Shown here: positions 1 through 12,321 of the stretch, in pieces
How positions within the stretch are numbered: position 1 is the stretch's first letter
Layout: every line of letters starts with the position of its first letter
Source of the DNA: Octopus vulgaris
Lineage: Eukaryota
Length of the DNA: 64,000 nucleotides
NCBI GenBank assembly: GCA_951406725.2
Contig: OX597814.1
Span: forward strand, 155,930,001 to 155,994,000
Reading direction: 5' to 3'
Translations under genes and position numbers: made by a program
Notes under the pieces: generated by a model
Seen by the model: only the letters and a program-made list of their open reading frames with translations
Database searches by the model: none
What the model was told of the DNA's origin: nothing

Positions 1-1184
1 TCAAATATATATTTGCTTCCTCAGCAACTGGGAAAATTTCACCGTATCTGAGTGAACATCCACATATCATTTTATAAACAATGAGTCCTCCCCATGCGCA
101 AAAGAGATATTTGAATAGCATAATCACGCAAACATTATACGTACACCCACTTGCATAAATGAGGATGCGTTTATACTGTAGTCACTTGAATCACCAGAAA
201 CGTTTGTCAAACCACCTTCAAATCAAATCCTTACATTTTTAAAGGAAACAATGACACGTTCATAGACAGCGCTGAAGGAAAAAATACAAAAAAAAAAAAT
301 TAAAAGAAGACAAGAATCTCATGACTAATTTCTTCGATCATACATGTCATCGATCTGAGTTGACCAGTGGCTGAACAAAAGAAAAGAAAAATGCCTAAAT
401 CCACGCCACATCCATGTTCATATTCTTTATTATACTATATGTTTTATCACTTAAGATAATTGGATTTATTACTCGTTCAGTTGTATTCATCGTTATAAAG
501 CATAATAGCTGAGGGAAAATTATATAGGTATGCATAGCGTCTGTATACAGTGTGCTATATATAGTAATTGATATAAATATTTGCGTGATGATGAATAAGA
601 ATTTATTCTAATAACCTTTAATATTGTTATAGGTCCTCAACTTGGTTTGGGAAGGTTATATGTAACCATTGGAATCAACAAAATACATATCTCATCTTTG
701 TCTTACTGAGTCTGGAAGATTAATGAAATTAATCGCCAAAAGATTTGAAATTGCGGAAAGGGACAAAATGAAATATTAAACTATCGATAGAATTTTAGTA
801 AAAAGAAATACACCAATATATCTCAGACATTGAGATAACGTTGACAAGATCCTCCTTGTTTGTTTTATACAAAGATACCAATTTTAACTTTCAACGCGTG
901 GAAGCAATAGTAAACGAGTTAGCTGAATCTGCTCTTTCATTTCGTTATGTCCTCAAAATCTAAGAGTTCTAACAGTTCAAGTTTGGCGCTGCAACTCACT
1001 ACGCTCTTTATAACTTTATAATATATTTATCCTTTGACTAATTCTCTATTGTAAAATGTCATTTCACACGTAAATAATGTCAATGAATCACTTTATGGTG
1101 TTACAATATGAACTATGACTAAAGTATATTTACCATCACGCACATACACACACTCACACACATATCTTGAATATATATCGTGCA

Positions 1185-1486
1185 GCTCTTAACTCTCTCT
1201 ACTCTTACTCTATCCCTTTCCATTTCTACCCTTACTCTTTCTCTTTCTCCACTCTTACTCTCTCTTCCCGTCCTTCTTGCCTCACTTGATCCTTTCAATT
1301 CTCTCTCTGTCTCTGTTTCTTTTTCATTGTCTCTCTCTCTTTCTCTCTTATTCTATTTCTTTCTATCTCTATTTTTATTCTATCCTTTTCTCCACTCTTA
1401 CTCTCTTTTTCCATCATTACTTGCCTCCCTTGTACCTGTTTCTTCTCTCCCTGTTACTCTGTTTCCCCATTCCCTCTACTTCTTCG

Positions 1487-1539
<53 letters not shown>

Positions 1540-1545
1540 AATACT
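1185..1545. repeat. Pyrimidine-rich low-complexity tract ending in (CT)n
   Basis: CT-rich sequence with a pure (ct)n run at ~1490-1538. ORFs 1180/1277/1476 are translations of it. Confidence 0.9.
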
Positions 1546-1765
1546 TCCTTTTCCCTACCACGTGACCGGTGTCCGGGGATGGTGGTGTTGTTCTTTTTCG
1601 CCTTACTTTGACCATACTGGCCATGCAGGTCTGAGCTCCTGCTACGTCCACTAGGGCTTACCCCATTTCCTCTTTGCGTAACCCCACTATGTTCGTTCGA
1701 TAGCTGCAAAGAACTTTCTGTTGTATTTATGGAATACACTGAACAGCAAAAGAACCGCGATTTTT

Positions 1766-3780
1766 TTAGATGTCATTTTTATATTGTAAATTCTGAAAAT
1801 TCACTTCGGGGATAAGTAAGTGTAAGTGTTCCAAGACATGGTAGTTTATGGTTGAGACCCAAATTGCAGGTAATCTTTCGATTTTCCATGAAACGAGAAA
1901 CCAAACGCAGCTGCGTTGAATGCTGTGGGCGGATCGGGGTGTCATTGCCAAGCTTGGTGTCTCAGAGGTGTTCCGCGAACCGGTCAGCCAAGAGGCGTCT
2001 CGTTTGATCGATGTACAGAGGACAGAGAGAGCAGGAGATGCAGTAAATAACATTACTTGAGGTAAAGGTAAAGGAGTCGGTGATGTGATAGGGACGGTTA
2101 TGGGTACCAGTGTGGTACTGGAGAGGTAGGAGTAGGTGCGACAGGGTGAACGGGAGCAAGGGACGGAGCCAGGCTGGGAGGCAGGTGTAGGGACGGTCAC
2201 GCAAGGTATAGGCTCGTTTGAAGGAGGGAAGGGGTAGGTTAGGGAAGATGTGCGAAGGGTGGGCCTGTAGTCGACGGAAAGCTCGCTCGGAGAACGGTGC
2301 GTTGGAGGGGTTGGGTGGAGGGGGTGATAGGTAAGAGGAAACGGGAGACGGGTAAGGGTGGGGTGACTGTGGGAAGAAAGAACAGATGCATAGTACACTA
2401 ATCGTCCCCGGTTAAGGGTAGTGTGGATAATCGCGTGGGGATATCCACGTAGGTTGAAGTGGTGAGCTATGAGTTGAGACTGAGTCTCAAAATCATAGTC
2501 GCCATTGCAGAGCCTGCGTAGGCGGAGGAATTGGGAATAGGAAATGGAGAGTTTGGTGTGGGTAGGGTGGGAGAACTTAAGGTATGAGTGTGAGTCAGTG
2601 TATTTGTACTGGGTGGAGATGGTGAGGGTGGAGTAGTATATGCTGACAGAATTGTCGAGAAATTCGATGGAAGAGTTAGAGATAGTACAGGAGATTTCGA
2701 GGGCAGAATAGAAGCACGGGTCAGCACGGGTTTCGAACTCGTTACTGGGCAGAGTGAGAGCGATGAAGCGCAGACTCTTACTGAGAAGAGAGCGCACCGC
2801 TTCAGAGAGGAGGAGAACCGGACGAATTGTAACAACAGACTGAAGTGGGAGGAGGGGGAGTTAGGTCGGGGAAGGTGAAAGTGGTGGTAGAAGTCTGAGA
2901 GGAAAGAGGAGGAAGATGTGCGTAGGAGATTTGGAGTAATGGAAGGGTGGGAGTGAAGATGAGCGGCAGTGGGTCGGAGATGGAGGGAGATGGGTAATTG
3001 TAGTGGCATCGGGTGGGACAGGATGAAAGGGTGAGTGGAGTTTGTTATTTAGTGCGAGCGATAAAGTCGTGGAAAATGTGGTTTAAGTGGAAGATAAAGT
3101 GTAAGGTGGAATGTACAATTGATGATGAGCAGTAGGAAAAGAGGTGGAATAAGCAAAAGGGATAGGCGGTCGAGGATGTGTATTTGTGAGAGATTGGAAC
3201 GAATGGTGGAACGCATAAGGCGATAGGGAGCAGTGCGAAGTATGGGTAAGATGGCTGAAGCAGAATGGAAAGTAGAGTTGAAATGGAGGCGAAAATATTT
3301 GGGGATGAGGTGGTGGTGAGGGCAGCGACCGAGAAACGTGGCTACAAAACTACAAAAGCGATTTTTTTTTTGAAAATCAGTAGGGGAAACAATATATTAG
3401 AAGGTTGAAAGCAGCGGATACGAAACGTGATAAAGTTTTTGTTTTTAAAGGTAAAGGTGGACAAGGAAGGATTCATAATTAGACATGTTGGGAAAAAGAG
3501 GAAAGAGAAAAAGTTAAAATGGTGAGAGAATGGCAAGGATATTAACGTACGGAGTTTAAAAAATCAGAAAGTTCAAATGTCGTGGTAGATTAGAGCGATT
3601 TACATCAACGAAAATAGCCAGTGAGATCCGTGGAGTCCGAAAGAGTACGAAGATCCAGTGGTAATCCGGGTGGAGTGCTGCTTATCTGGACGAGAAGAGG
3701 TACAGAAAGTTCGAGAATTAGCTAAGATTCAAGTCCAAGAGATTAAGAAGTTCAGTCAGGCAGGATTAAACTAAGGTAAC
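1766..3780 (-). mobile_element. Degenerate Penelope-like element (RT thumb, Cys linker, GIY-YIG endonuclease)
   Basis: ORF 1766..2797 has FLD..YKYTDSHSYLKFSHPTHTKLSISYSQFLRLRRLC..RGYP (PLE RT C-terminus) and PCSRSPCRT. ORF 1962..2204 has SSNVIYCISCSLCPLYIDQTRRLLADRFAEH (GIY-YIG). Frameshifted; the 5' boundary is approximate. Confidence 0.85.
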
Positions 3781-3800
3781 CACTTGTACGTATAATATAA

Positions 3801-3997
3801 GAGCTGGCAGAAACATTAACACGCTGGCTGAAATGCTTAGCGGTATTTTTACGTTCTGAGTTCAAATTCTGCCGGGCTTGACTTTGCCTTTCATCCTTTC
3901 GGGGTCGAAAAATTAAGTACCAGTTGCGTACTGGGTCGATCTAATCGACTGGCCCCCTACCGAAAAATTTCAGGCCTTGTGCATTTGGGTAGAAGTG
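3801..3997 (+). mobile_element. tRNA-derived SINE family 1 (central domain resembles the Meta/MESC domain)
   Basis: A-box-like tggcagaaac, B-box-like gagttcaaattct, core gactttgcctttcatcctttcggggtcgaaaaattaagtaccag. Several homologous copies occur in this window. Confidence 0.8.
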
Positions 3998-4004
3998 AAT
4001 ATAT

Positions 4005-4140
4005 AGTTCAACTTTACGGAAAACAAAAGACGAAGACAGGTGTAGGAACACAAAGCATGTATTTTAGTTTAACTCCTGGGTAAAAATGGAAAAGTCTTTT
4101 ACGTTTCGAGCCTATGCTCTTCGAAAGAAAGGATTAAGAA
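4005..4140 (-). mobile_element. Short repeat family A carrying a minimal HHR-like motif (4096-4131)
   Basis: Minus strand CUUU-CUUUCGA-A-GAGCauagGCUC-GAAA-CG-UA-AAAG. Homologous to 17090-17310, 20657-20832 and 50720-50880. Confidence 0.65.
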
Positions 4141-4142
4141 TG

Positions 4143-4183
<41 letters not shown>

Positions 4184-4436
4184 GATAAAGGTAAAGTTAA
4201 CTCTAACAAACGAAGGTGCACAAGTGTGTGTGTGTATGTGAGAATAGTGTGTGTGAGTGTGTATTGTTGAATAGGGGCGAGTGTGCCTAACGTGTGTTTG
4301 TGTGCGTTGAGTGTAGCAGTTGATGTGTGCTTGTTGAGGATGTGTATGTGATGAAATAGTGTGCATGTGTATAGTGTATGTTTGTGGGCAAAAGTTATCG
4401 TTGCCGATGCGTGTTGCGTATGTTTATGCGTATTGC

Positions 4437-4501
<65 letters not shown>

Positions 4502-5449
4502 ACTTACCACTCAGCGAGGTATTACATATATTATCGGAACCATTTCAGATGGTAAAATTTCACTTTAGCTATATAAATCGTATTAGCTTGTGGGCTAGAT
4601 ATAATTGCTGGACCTGTGTTGCATTGTTAAATTATTTTTGCACGATGAATAATGGTGAAGTAAACCAAGAAGAATTACCAAAGATGGAAAAATTAATGAA
4701 AGCTGCCAACAGAAGAACACAAAAGCATACAAAAGCCAGTGAAGCAAGAATTATAGCAAGAATGAGAATGCCTGGACAAAAGGATTTCGCATGGCACCGG
4801 TAGCAAAAAAAAAAACACTTTATAACGTAGTGCATGGATATGCAAAATATAGAGGAGATTATGAGCTTTCGCTGGCCCGGAAACAAAAGCTAAGTTCAGC
4901 TGTAAAGAATTATATACCTACACAAAGATTTTTTTTATTTTTCTGCAATAGGGAATATTTACAAAGAAAAACAACCCAGGCTAGATTCTGTAGGACCATA
5001 TTATTTCATAAATATAGTGTTAGAAGCTAACATGATGTCGTTTTGACAGCCACGAGTTGAATTAGAAGTAGAAACACGAAATATCTGTCGGAAAATCAGG
5101 AGTAGACTATGATTAGTTATCTCTGACGAAATGTAAAACTATTTGCTTGCTTCTGGTGTTACAACATATTTCTTTGCTCTTATAAAGCTATGAGCTGTAA
5201 ATTACTTTGGAAATAAAATTATCATCACCGAACTTGACAGTTAGGAATTAAGTTGCAGTATGCAGGACTCCATCATCAATTTTGCATCATTTCCATATCT
5301 CAACAAATAAGGAAAATCATTATCATAAGTTGTAAAGAGTAATAGAAACGGAAAAAAATTATAGTACATAAAGAATAATTGAAAAAAGTTATAATGTTGA
5401 TCAAGAATGATACATTATCAACGGTTTAAAACAGATTATATTTCTGAAT

Positions 5450-5900
5450 TCAAAGAAATGGATTCTGGATGCAATAACCCCTTTTTATCCTAAGCATCTC
5501 AAAATATTTCAGTTCTAGGCAAAGATGTGAAGTTTGACAGAACATCTATTGGACAAGCAATTTTGCATTTAACCAAACACTGAGTAATTTATGGCTTCAC
5601 TTAAATTTGTTTCAGGATTTCTGTTATCATTTTGCATGTATATTCTTCGATGTATATTCTTTTGACTTTGGATTATGTTGCACTTAAGCTGAGCTGAAAT
5701 GAACAGAGTGGTGTGCTACAATCGGTCAAGTAACTAAAATTCCAAATCTCACAGCAAAATTATCTGTGCAATACGATACTGATAATTTAGACAACTATAC
5801 ATGTACTCTTAATGATTAGAACGCATTTCATGTCATTACAGCAATTACACAGTTTTCCTAGAATATCAGTCACAGCTGATGATATATCTCTAATTGGAAA
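5450..5900 (+). mobile_element. Highly decayed DNA transposase fragment, Academ-like
   Basis: Manual translation near 5765-5850 gives VQYDTDNLDNYTCTLND*NAFH, similar to the QxxxDNxDxxxxTLDGxxTFH motif. The family assignment is from memory. Confidence 0.35.
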
Positions 5901-6079
5901 GACCACCTGTTGACTATTTATTTCAAAATGATGAGAGTTGCAATTACCAACAGTTAAAACATAACAATCTTATAAAGCATCTATTACTGCAATGTTTGTA
6001 CAGAATATCTCGATCACTAAGTTGAGCTTCTCCTTATACAATAATTCAACTTGTACACATAGACGACCATTTTAAAAAG

Positions 6080-7150
6080 TCACCTATTTTAAACATGCCC
6101 ATGTTTGCATGAAGTCTTGGTAACATGACATTTTTTTTATTCTACGCAACCAATAGTCAATTCACATGCAGAGGGGAAAAGGTTGCACTTTTGGCATTTG
6201 ACTGAACGTTGTAATTGAAAATAATTTCGGAAATGTATACCTTCTACGAGGGAAATTGGTTCATTCATAAATTTGGGTTGTTTCCCGGTTATGATAATTT
6301 TTAGGTGCATTTGGACACATCACGTAATGATTATATACAAGCTAGTAAATCTCTAATGGAAGATCTACTAGTATTTATATAAGAAAGTACTTCAATAAAC
6401 CACACATGGTAAGGCGATCTCAAGATTATTAAACGCAATGCAGACATTTGGTCCATCAATATCAACATTAGACAACCCTTGGAATTGTCTTCTGTTTCAA
6501 GATCATATAATTCATTCGTATTAATAAATTATTATCTCAATATGTTTTAAACATACCATAACCTGTTCAAATATCTTTTTGACCCATTATTATTTTTCGC
6601 ATGCGCTTTTATGACTCCCGAAAACATGGTACTTGTCCAATTCATGGACTTGTCTACTTGATGTTCATGTTTACTAGTCAAATTGATGTTTCTGTCTTAT
6701 GTAATGTAATCACGTGCACTTCGCATTTTCGCAGCAAAATACGGGTTTATAATGCAAGTATAAATATCATCAGACAGATCCAGTCTCTTTGAAATATGCA
6801 CTTTCGATAATTTATCCTATCAAATGCCATACAGTTATTTCCTGTATTTAACTTCAGTATTGCACGAAGTGAGAACATAATCCATTTTTTTATATCTATC
6901 TAAATATCTTTTGTAAATATCTCTTCTGACAGATTTACTTAGAACTTCCTTTGCAAATCCCAGAGCACCTTCACTTTTATTTCTTTGGCTACGATGATAT
7001 TGTTACTATTACAGTAATACTTTAGGAATAAGTTCAAACACACTGCATACACTTCATGCTTTAAATTTCCGGTGGTTCTTGTCTTACGAATGGCATTTTT
7101 ATTTAGCATCGGACTCATTTCTCAATACCATCCGATTTTATACATCTATA
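6080..7150 (-). mobile_element. Highly decayed piggyBac-like transposase
   Basis: Minus-strand remnants LMDQMSALRLIILRSPYHVWF (cf. GGVDxxDQ...W) at ~6400-6470 and KCQKCN (Cys-rich tail) at ~6180-6205. Many stops and frameshifts. Confidence 0.4.
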
Positions 7151-8486
7151 TTTCCAATGAAAGATCCGCTTGTAACAAGTAATAGCAAATACTCGACAGA
7201 AGGCGAGTTTTGGCTTGGCTTTATAACTCATAATCAAATCTTTCCCAATATTTTTAGTTCAGTATCAAATTACCGCTACAGAGAGTAAGCTCTGGTGTAA
7301 CGCAAGAAAACACCTTTTTTTTTCACATTTTTGCTTGGCGTATCACATCCAGGTTAAACTACTTTTTCACTTCGTAATTTTATTCTCTTGAGTGAATCTA
7401 TATCTTCTTGAGAAGGAGCTTTTGTAATTTTCCTCTCCTGTCATCTCTCTGCTGATTTTGATTGATTTCAACTGAAATACTTATTAATTTTCATTCACTT
7501 ACTGTCGCCTGATGATTGTTTCCCATTGACATTTTTTAACTCCTGCCGAGTCTGATAAATTTATTTTCGCGTTTTCTTTTTTACTATATCCATACATTAA
7601 TCTATATTCTTTTTCAATTTTTGTTAAAAATAAAGGTTTCTATTTGTTTATATTTGACAAGTATCGCCAATCTTCTGGAGATTAACATATTTTTCTGTTG
7701 CTAAATCTATGATTTTTTTTCCTATTGTTTTGCTTATGTTTACTTCTTTAGTATATTCTGTTTTATTTATTCTCCTTGATATCGTTGATCATTGTCAACA
7801 GCAACTCTGTGGGTCTCTTACCAATACTATTTAGATATGACCTGTCTCAAAGCATGTGTTCCCAAAACGATATAATATTCTCTTGAAATATTACATTTAA
7901 GATATCATTTCAGTTGTTTATAATCTGCACTCTCCCACTTCATAAAACACTTATCGTGGGATAATGCAGTGATCACTGACATGTGTAGATAGTCAGCATT
8001 ACTTCGAGGTAAAGAAACAACTGTCAGACTCTGGTTTTGTATCATGGGCAGTGTTGGCATATAACACCTGGAATGGTTTTATTTACTGTAATTTTTGCAC
8101 TATGTACAACATTGTGAATACAGTTACAGTCTCTAACCCTCCTCTTACGTTCAATAAATATTTCTTGAGGTAAAGGTTACATCATATAATTTAACAGTGG
8201 ATGTAGTTAGTCACAGTAGATTTTCACTTTGTTCATCAAGCCAAAATACTGGTCTTTGCTATTTTACAATTATCTCAATTAATGTTGAATTGAAAACTCC
8301 ATGAAAAATGCGTAAAAAATGTTCATTTCTTCTGCAAATACGTCTACCAAGTATCTCTTAAGATTGTTCGATGTTGCTTTACTTTGATGTTTTTCTTTCC
8401 AGTTGGTGTAGTTGAAACACTCTTGTACTCCGTGTCCATGTTGCATATTCAATCCATATACGTATACATCCATAAATATGTATTAT

Positions 8487-8513
8487 ACACGCACGCTCGC
8501 ACACACACACTCA

Positions 8514-8579
<66 letters not shown>

Positions 8580-8590
8580 TGTGTGTGTGT
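8487..8590. repeat. (CA)n microsatellite followed by (GT)n
   Basis: Directly visible. Confidence 0.95.
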
Positions 8591-8929
8591 ATTGCTTTCA
8601 GATGAGACTGCAGCAAACTTGTTAGAGTGTTAGACTGATAGTTTCGCGTTATTCCCGAATCTCTTCGCACTGACTACACATTCGACCGAGGCAACGCTTT
8701 CATGTTTTATGTCTCTATGAATATATAACAATCCAAGGCTATGAATTAGCGGAACTCTTTAAGGGATCGACAAAATATATTGCAGAATTTGATCAGTTAA
8801 TGTCATTCTAACGTCAACGCCTGAAACTACACTATTGTCAAGTTGCATCAATCTTTACAGAAATCCCTTTCTTTCGAAAATACAGTTAGTATGGAGAGGC
8901 CAGATTTGTAGGCATGTGTATCTCCTTGT

Positions 8930-9540
8930 TTTTATTTTAAAATCCGTACTTAGGCGTACTATAAGTGCAGATAGATGGTCAACACTGAGCGGAAGCTGTT
9001 TACTGATGTACATCAACGAATGGTGCAAACAACCAAACGATGGGGAGAAGTAACAAAAGGAAAAAAATCCAGTGTCTTTCGACACTTTGCAAAATTTACT
9101 CCGCATCGAGTTGCAGAGGCACCTCCGTCATTGATGCCTTCAGAAATGCAGTGAACCAATGACTGATACACTGTAAATTGGGAACCAATCGTAGTTATTG
9201 CTTTCCACTATACTATAAAATAAATAATTTATCCCAGGGAATATATCTAGAAAAGTACAGTTTCTACTAGGCCGAATGATCTAAAATATATCACGTTAAA
9301 ACAAAGCATTCAACAGTGTTCTCAAGGTTAGGTTATGAAATCTACATGATACCTACACACCCAGAACCACCTCGGACAGCAACAACGCTTTCAGCCTAGA
9401 TATACGGTCCATGTACTTCAGCATACCATTGGCTGCAGCAACACAAACAATCCAAGAGCGACTAGAGTAAATCCAGAAGCAGGTAACGGACTTCCCACTA
9501 GTAAGCCTTAAATCCATCCTAGTGTTTTTAAGATCTATGT
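8930..9540 (+). mobile_element. Decayed LINE RT fragment
   Basis: STLSGSCLLMYINE resembles GSxLSPxLFxxYIND. Downstream IRSMYFSIPLAAATQTIQERLE*IQKQ resembles the LINE RT C-terminus. Confidence 0.45.
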
Positions 9541-9771
9541 GCATGTGGCGAAAATCTCAGACAATAGATCAATGTGTGTGTGTGTGTGTGTGTGTGAATA
9601 TTTGAAGTCTGTCAGACACTGGGCCGAAATAATGAAAATCACTAACGAATCATTAGACACATTAATACATAAATACACATACAACAAAAAAGCCTTTCAC
9701 ACAAGAGTGCAAGTATTGGTCGCAAATCTTTGCAGGGTGAGAGTTTATGTTAATTACATCTCTCGCTGTGC

Positions 9772-9900
9772 CTAACTGGTACTTCCGTTATCGGCTCCGA
9801 ATAGATGAGAGGTAAAGTCGAACTCGGCGGAATTTTAACTCAGATGAAATGCCGCAAAGTATTTTGCCCGGCACGCTAATGATTCTGCCATCTTGCCGCT
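9772..9900 (-). mobile_element. SINE family 1 copy (5' part)
   Basis: Reverse complement matches the head and core of 3801-3997. Confidence 0.7.
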
Positions 9901-10704
9901 TTATATCAGTGTAAGTATTGAAAGAGTTAATGAATGCATCACAGTGGTAAACAGTTTCATACCGTAAAGTAATGCTTAGGTTGAGAATTAGGAAAGTTGC
10001 TTATTGTACTTACAGAGAATAAGTTTTGATTTATAGATGTATGATGTGTGTGGTGATGTAGTTCAACATTTAATTGCAATTATCGATTTCTTTGAATGTT
10101 AAATTGGGTGTAAGTAGGTGAGCCGAGGTTCATAAAATTTGAGGGAAATTTTTTATCTTGGTTATGAGAAAATTAAGTTTTAAGTAGCTTAGTATGATAG
10201 GGTTGGGTATGATGATGAATAATTGCAAAAAAAAAAATAATAAAAAGGAGTATATGTGTATTTATTTGCAAGGGGATACAATGTTGAGAGCATATAATTG
10301 TAGTTCGAAAGCGATAAAAATTAGAAACTAAAGCGAATAAACAAACTAAGAAACAAAAGCGTGTGTTTTCAAAAGAATGAGATCAATTTGAATAGCATAG
10401 AGTGGATATTAGGACACATGTTCAAGTTGGTTCCTAGTCTTGTATAATTGTGGGAAATGGTAAAAATGAGATGTTGAGTAAAACTGAAAATTGCATGTAG
10501 GTTTGTGAGTATATGGTGTTAGGAAGATGGGTTAGAAGTAATGGAGTGTTAACTGGAGCAGGTGCTATAAGGAACATATAAAGTTACAGTATGACATATA
10601 TCAATGTATATAAACAAACTTACATTTAACAAACAACACGCATCTATACAGGCATATTTGTGTGAGAGTGTTTGTGTGCATGCGTGCGGGCGAGTGTACC
10701 GATG

Positions 10705-11135
<431 letters not shown>

Positions 11136-11202
11136 GTGTTGTTGAAAACGCACCTAAATTTCAAAAACTTGTAAATGTTTAAAATGCATTTATTTACATA
11201 CA

Positions 11203-11244
11203 TACCAAACTAGTTTCAACAATATTTTTTGTTTATCAATGGTA
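11203..11244 (-). ncRNA. Minimal type I hammerhead-like motif, U3-A8 core
   Basis: Minus strand UACCA-UUGAUAA-ACAAaaaauaUUGUU-GAAA-CUAG-UU-UGGUA: 5-bp stem I and palindromic stem III. AATAAA and a microsatellite lie downstream. Stem II is one nucleotide out of register. Confidence 0.6.
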
Positions 11245-12077
11245 AAAGTTTAAAAGTAGAAAAAATAAACTTTAAAAGTTTCAAGGTCGACAAATTAAAA
11301 TTGTTCAATGTTGATAAATTAACATGTTCAAAACAGAATGTGTAAGTTTCAATGTTCATAGCAGTCAATAAAATTAAAACTGTATATCAATTTGCTTGAA
11401 TGTACAAAGTTCATTAATTTTAGACGTAGTCATCAAGTCATACTGAAAAGAACAAGTGTGAAATGAAAATAGTAAAAAAAATGGGAATTTGGTTTACAGT
11501 TTTCCTGATCGAAGAGGATTGCTAGTGGATTGCCATTAGCAATCACCCATGCTCGCAATAGAAGATTCAATTCTTTCTTCTCCCACTTTGGTGCCATCTT
11601 CGTTTCTGCAGCCTAGAGTGGGGTAGAGGATAGAGAGGAACTGAGAAATATAGGGATGAAATAGGGAAAGTGAGAGGGTTATATGAAGGAAAGAGAGAAG
11701 GTGATATGAAGAAAAGAGAGCGGAGTGGGATGTTAGCGTGCCAGAAGGAGGTAGATGAGGGGGAGGGAAAGAGAGACAGAGCGAGGAAGAGGATCGGAAG
11801 AGAATGAGAGACAAAGTGAAGGAGAGGAGGCGAAGAGAAAGAGACAGAGGGATGGAGAGGATGGGAAGAGAAAAGGAGACAGAGTGGGGGAGAAACAGGA
11901 AAGGATAAAGGATGTGAGGGAAATGGAGAAACGGAGTGAGAAGAGGGGGGAAGATGAAAAGTGTATAAAGGAGAGGATGAGGTAGATGTTGAGAAGGAGG
12001 AAAATAGGAAAGGGAGGGAGGGACAATTGTCATGTCTTTATATAGGATGTAAATAGGAAATTAGTTTTATATAATCC

Positions 12078-12173
12078 AGACCTGAAGATTGGCAGTATAG
12101 TCGGATTGATATGATATTGAATTTATATTTCAGCACTACCAATAGATATATTGTCATGAAACGCGCGTTGTCT
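12078..12173 (+). ncRNA. Type I hammerhead ribozyme motif with canonical CUGAAGA core and long loop II
   Basis: AGAC-CUGAAGA-uUGGCAGUAU...AUAUUGUCAu-GAAA-CGCGCG-UU-GUCU. All three stems pair. Predicted cleavage after 12169. Confidence 0.75.
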
Positions 12174-12321
12174 ATATAATTTAATATATGATTCAGAATA
12201 GTAATTGTAGATATTAATTTGATAAAATGTAATCTTGTATATCTCTATCATAGATAATGTCGTTCAATGTAGTTTGAGTTGCTTGAAGGTGGTTCTGTCT
12301 CTTAAACCTATATATATATAT

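Noticed and set aside
1180-1739. Leu/Ser-rich and Glu/Arg-rich ORFs (also 11536-12033)
   Set aside because: Products of CT/GA low-complexity tracts, with no domain signal.
4099-4568. ORFs rich in YI/TH/CV dipeptides here and throughout (10549-11101, 16822-18181, 21884-22834, 25004-25356 and others)
   Set aside because: They are translations of (TA)n/(CA)n microsatellites, which lack stop codons in some frames.
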